Translations under genes and position numbers: made by a program
Notes under the pieces: model-generated
The model's database searches: none
Told to the model about the DNA's origin: nothing
What the model saw: the letters and a program-made list of their open reading frames with translations, nothing else
In this document: piece after piece, positions 62,101 through 64,000 of the stretch
Layout: the number at the start of each line of letters is the position of its first letter
Position numbering within the stretch: position 1 is the first letter of the stretch
NCBI GenBank assembly: GCA_963665815.1
Contig: OY762463.1
Location: forward strand, 1,632,001 to 1,696,000
From: Candidatus Cloacimonadales bacterium
GTDB lineage: Bacteria > Cloacimonadota > Cloacimonadia > Cloacimonadales > JAIOQZ01
Direction of reading: 5' to 3'
DNA: 64,000 nt

Positions 62101-62697
62101 TTACATCGTAATCACATTATGTGATGTCAGAATCTCAACGATTGAATACATATTGGAGATCTCACCCACTTCAAGCTGATCTTTCATCTCAAAGAAATCC
62201 AGGCAAGTTCCGCAGCAGACAATTCTTACACCTTGTTCATCCAGTTTCTTGATATTCTCAACTGTTTCTGCACCGGATACACAAGTAAGTACTCCACCAT
62301 TCATAAACACAATATACGAAGGCTTATCATCCATAGTTGTAAGTGTATAGAAGAAAGCGTTCATCAGCTTTTTACCGAGAATCTGAGAACCGGAACCAAT
62401 AGCTTCGGAGTTAATGAATACAGCAGTATCCTGATAATTGATGTTAGTACAACCACAAGCTTCAACTTCTTCAGTCTTTGCTTCACCTTTGGAAGCACTG
62501 ATGTAGAAATCACCGTCTTTTTCTTCTGTAGCAGTAACATTCACATTGCGGTTATTGAGAAATCTTACAACATTGTTCTTAGCTACTTCATTATCAACAA
62601 TAACCTGAAATTCTGTACTTTCTTTATTCTCTACTTCTTTTTTGGTTAAAACTACAGGCTGCGGACAGGCAAGTCCTCTCCCATCAACAATTTTCAT
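62101..62697 (-). CDS. yedF: Selenium metabolism protein YedF (SirA/TusA + DsrE domains)
   Basis: VDGRGLACPQPVV, F.NGGV, CGTCLDFF and VGEISNMY motifs. Confidence 0.9.
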   Translation of the reverse strand: MKIVDGRGLACPQPVVLTKKEVENKESTEFQVIVDNEVAKNNVVRFLNNRNVNVTATEEKDGDFYISASKGEAKTEEVEACGCTNINYQDTAVFINSEAIGSGSQILGKKLMNAFFYTLTTMDDKPSYIVFMNGGVLTCVSGAETVENIKKLDEQGVRIVCCGTCLDFFEMKDQLEVGEISNMYSIVEILTSHNVITM

Positions 62698-62945
62698 TTT
62701 TCCTCCAATATATATTGATTATCTTTAAATTCAAAAATTTCGGAAACATCTGCATCATTAAGTACAGATTTAAGTTCTTTTTTTTTTATGTACAGCAGTA
62801 AAGAAAATCCACACTCCGAGCTGATCTCACGCGGTGTTGGTATCATTTTCAGTTTAAAGCCACCGGATTTAAGTATACTTTCACATTGCATTGCTTTATG
62901 CACAGTCGTAAAGGTCAGTAGAAAGGTGTTTACATCAACAGTCAT
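62694..62945 (-). CDS. DUF3343 protein
   Basis: F.T.H.AM..E..LK; IPTPREISSECG. Confidence 0.85.
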   Translation of the reverse strand: MTVDVNTFLLTFTTVHKAMQCESILKSGGFKLKMIPTPREISSECGFSLLLYIKKKELKSVLNDADVSEIFEFKDNQYILEEK

Positions 62946-64000
62946 AATGTTTCAAAACTGCAAACAGTTCATCGATTTCCTCAAATGTGTTGAAGAAACC
63001 AAGACTGACTCTGATTGTACCACCCTGGTCGAATGTACCAAGAGCTTTATGGGCAAGCGGAGCACAATGCAGACCCATGCGGGAAGCAATTTCTTTTTCA
63101 TCCAGAATTCCGATCAGCTCCGTAATACTCATATTTGCGGGAGTCAAAGAAAACACTCCTGCCTGCTTCTGTACATTCAGACAGCTATGGATTATAGTAT
63201 TCTCAAGATTATCAAGGCATTCTATAAAATGCTTTATTAAGGCTATTTTGTGTTTTCGTATAACATTAATACCTATATCAAGAATAAACTCCAGGGATGT
63301 ATTAAGCCCAACTATTCCTGTTGTATTCGGTGTGCCGGCTTCAAACATATCAGGCATGATTTCTGGATGCTTGATTGATTCGGAATTACTGCCTGTTCCA
63401 CCTGTAAGAAAAGCCTCAGGAATTGTTTCTGAGTTCAAAACCATTACTCCGGTTCCGGTTGGTCCCAGCAATCCTTTATGTCCGGAACTACAGACAACAT
63501 CAGCTTTTACATCCTGTAGATCAAGAGGATAGCTCCCCATTAACTGAGATGCATCCAGAATAGAAATGACTCCGTATTCACGGCAACGGTCTACCATTTC
63601 CTTAAATGGCATAATGTTGCCGGTAACATTTGAACACGCTGTAAATACTGCAACCTGCGGTTTTTGCTTGAGGAGGTTCTCAAAATCAGTCAGTTCCGGA
63701 AAATAATCCTCATCATAAGCAGTATAACTGACTTTAATATTCCTGGTTCTCCTCAGATATTCCAATGGCCTCAGCACGGAATTATGCTCAAAGTGTGTCG
63801 TTACAACATGGTCGTTCTCCTTAACCAACCCATGAATAGCCATGTTCAGTGCATGGGTGGCATTATTGGTGAATATCACTCGATCGCTCTTATCTGCGTT
63901 CAACAGTTTTCTGATATTCTCTCTTGCCTGAAACACTGTTCTGGAAATTTCGATAGCATTGCTATAAGAGGCTCTACCCACGTTTGAACAACTTGTCTTG
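62935..64000 (-). CDS. Cysteine desulfurase/selenocysteine lyase family PLP enzyme, 5' end beyond window
   Basis: FTNNATHALN, EHNSV.RP, DASQ, SGHKGLLGP.GTG, R.GLHCAPLAH; the frame stays open to the window edge. Confidence 0.9.
   Translation of the reverse strand, partial: KTSCSNVGRASYSNAIEISRTVFQARENIRKLLNADKSDRVIFTNNATHALNMAIHGLVKENDHVVTTHFEHNSVLRPLEYLRRTRNIKVSYTAYDEDYFPELTDFENLLKQKPQVAVFTACSNVTGNIMPFKEMVDRCREYGVISILDASQLMGSYPLDLQDVKADVVCSSGHKGLLGPTGTGVMVLNSETIPEAFLTGGTGSNSESIKHPEIMPDMFEAGTPNTTGIVGLNTSLEFILDIGINVIRKHKIALIKHFIECLDNLENTIIHSCLNVQKQAGVFSLTPANMSITELIGILDEKEIASRMGLHCAPLAHKALGTFDQGGTIRVSLGFFNTFEEIDELFAVLKHYDC

Noticed and set aside
62778-62787. Poly-T tract in the DUF3343 gene as a phase-variation site
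   Set aside because: The frame is intact (Lys codons), and such runs are common in AT-rich DNA.

Overview
AT-rich bacterial chromosome segment, probably Cloacimonadota or a related FCB-group lineage. This is inferred from a FlgD-Ig/PNPFNP C-terminal sorting-domain protein, a PorX-type REC+PglZ regulator and the general gene content. Most genes are housekeeping: lon (partial), yggS, four tRNAs (fMet, Met, Arg-TCT, His), rne/rng, rplU, rpmA, pckA, tatD, tcdA, rseP, tgt, panB, gcvPA/gcvPB, folC, a split Fe-S hydro-lyase, mfd, fetAB-like genes, a Na/Pi transporter and a yedF selenium cluster. The most notable content is two paralogous radical SAM/SPASM RiPP-like clusters with the same gene order: small Cys-containing precursor, beta-propeller lipoprotein, RRE-rSAM-SPASM maturase (7394-10003 and 31413-35888; the second also has an ABC exporter). 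The first precursor (56 aa, 9833-10003) is missing from the ORF track. Each precursor ORF is enclosed by its own 13-14 bp UTR-to-UTR inverted repeat, different in sequence but in the same position. Other observations: a dynamin-like GTPase/HDOD/GGDEF operon, a lipoprotein gene frameshifted by an 11-bp tandem duplication, a probable ATT start for tgt, Pho-box-like repeats, an ECF-type promoter and several intergenic repeat families. All family assignments come from motif recognition by eye, not database searches.
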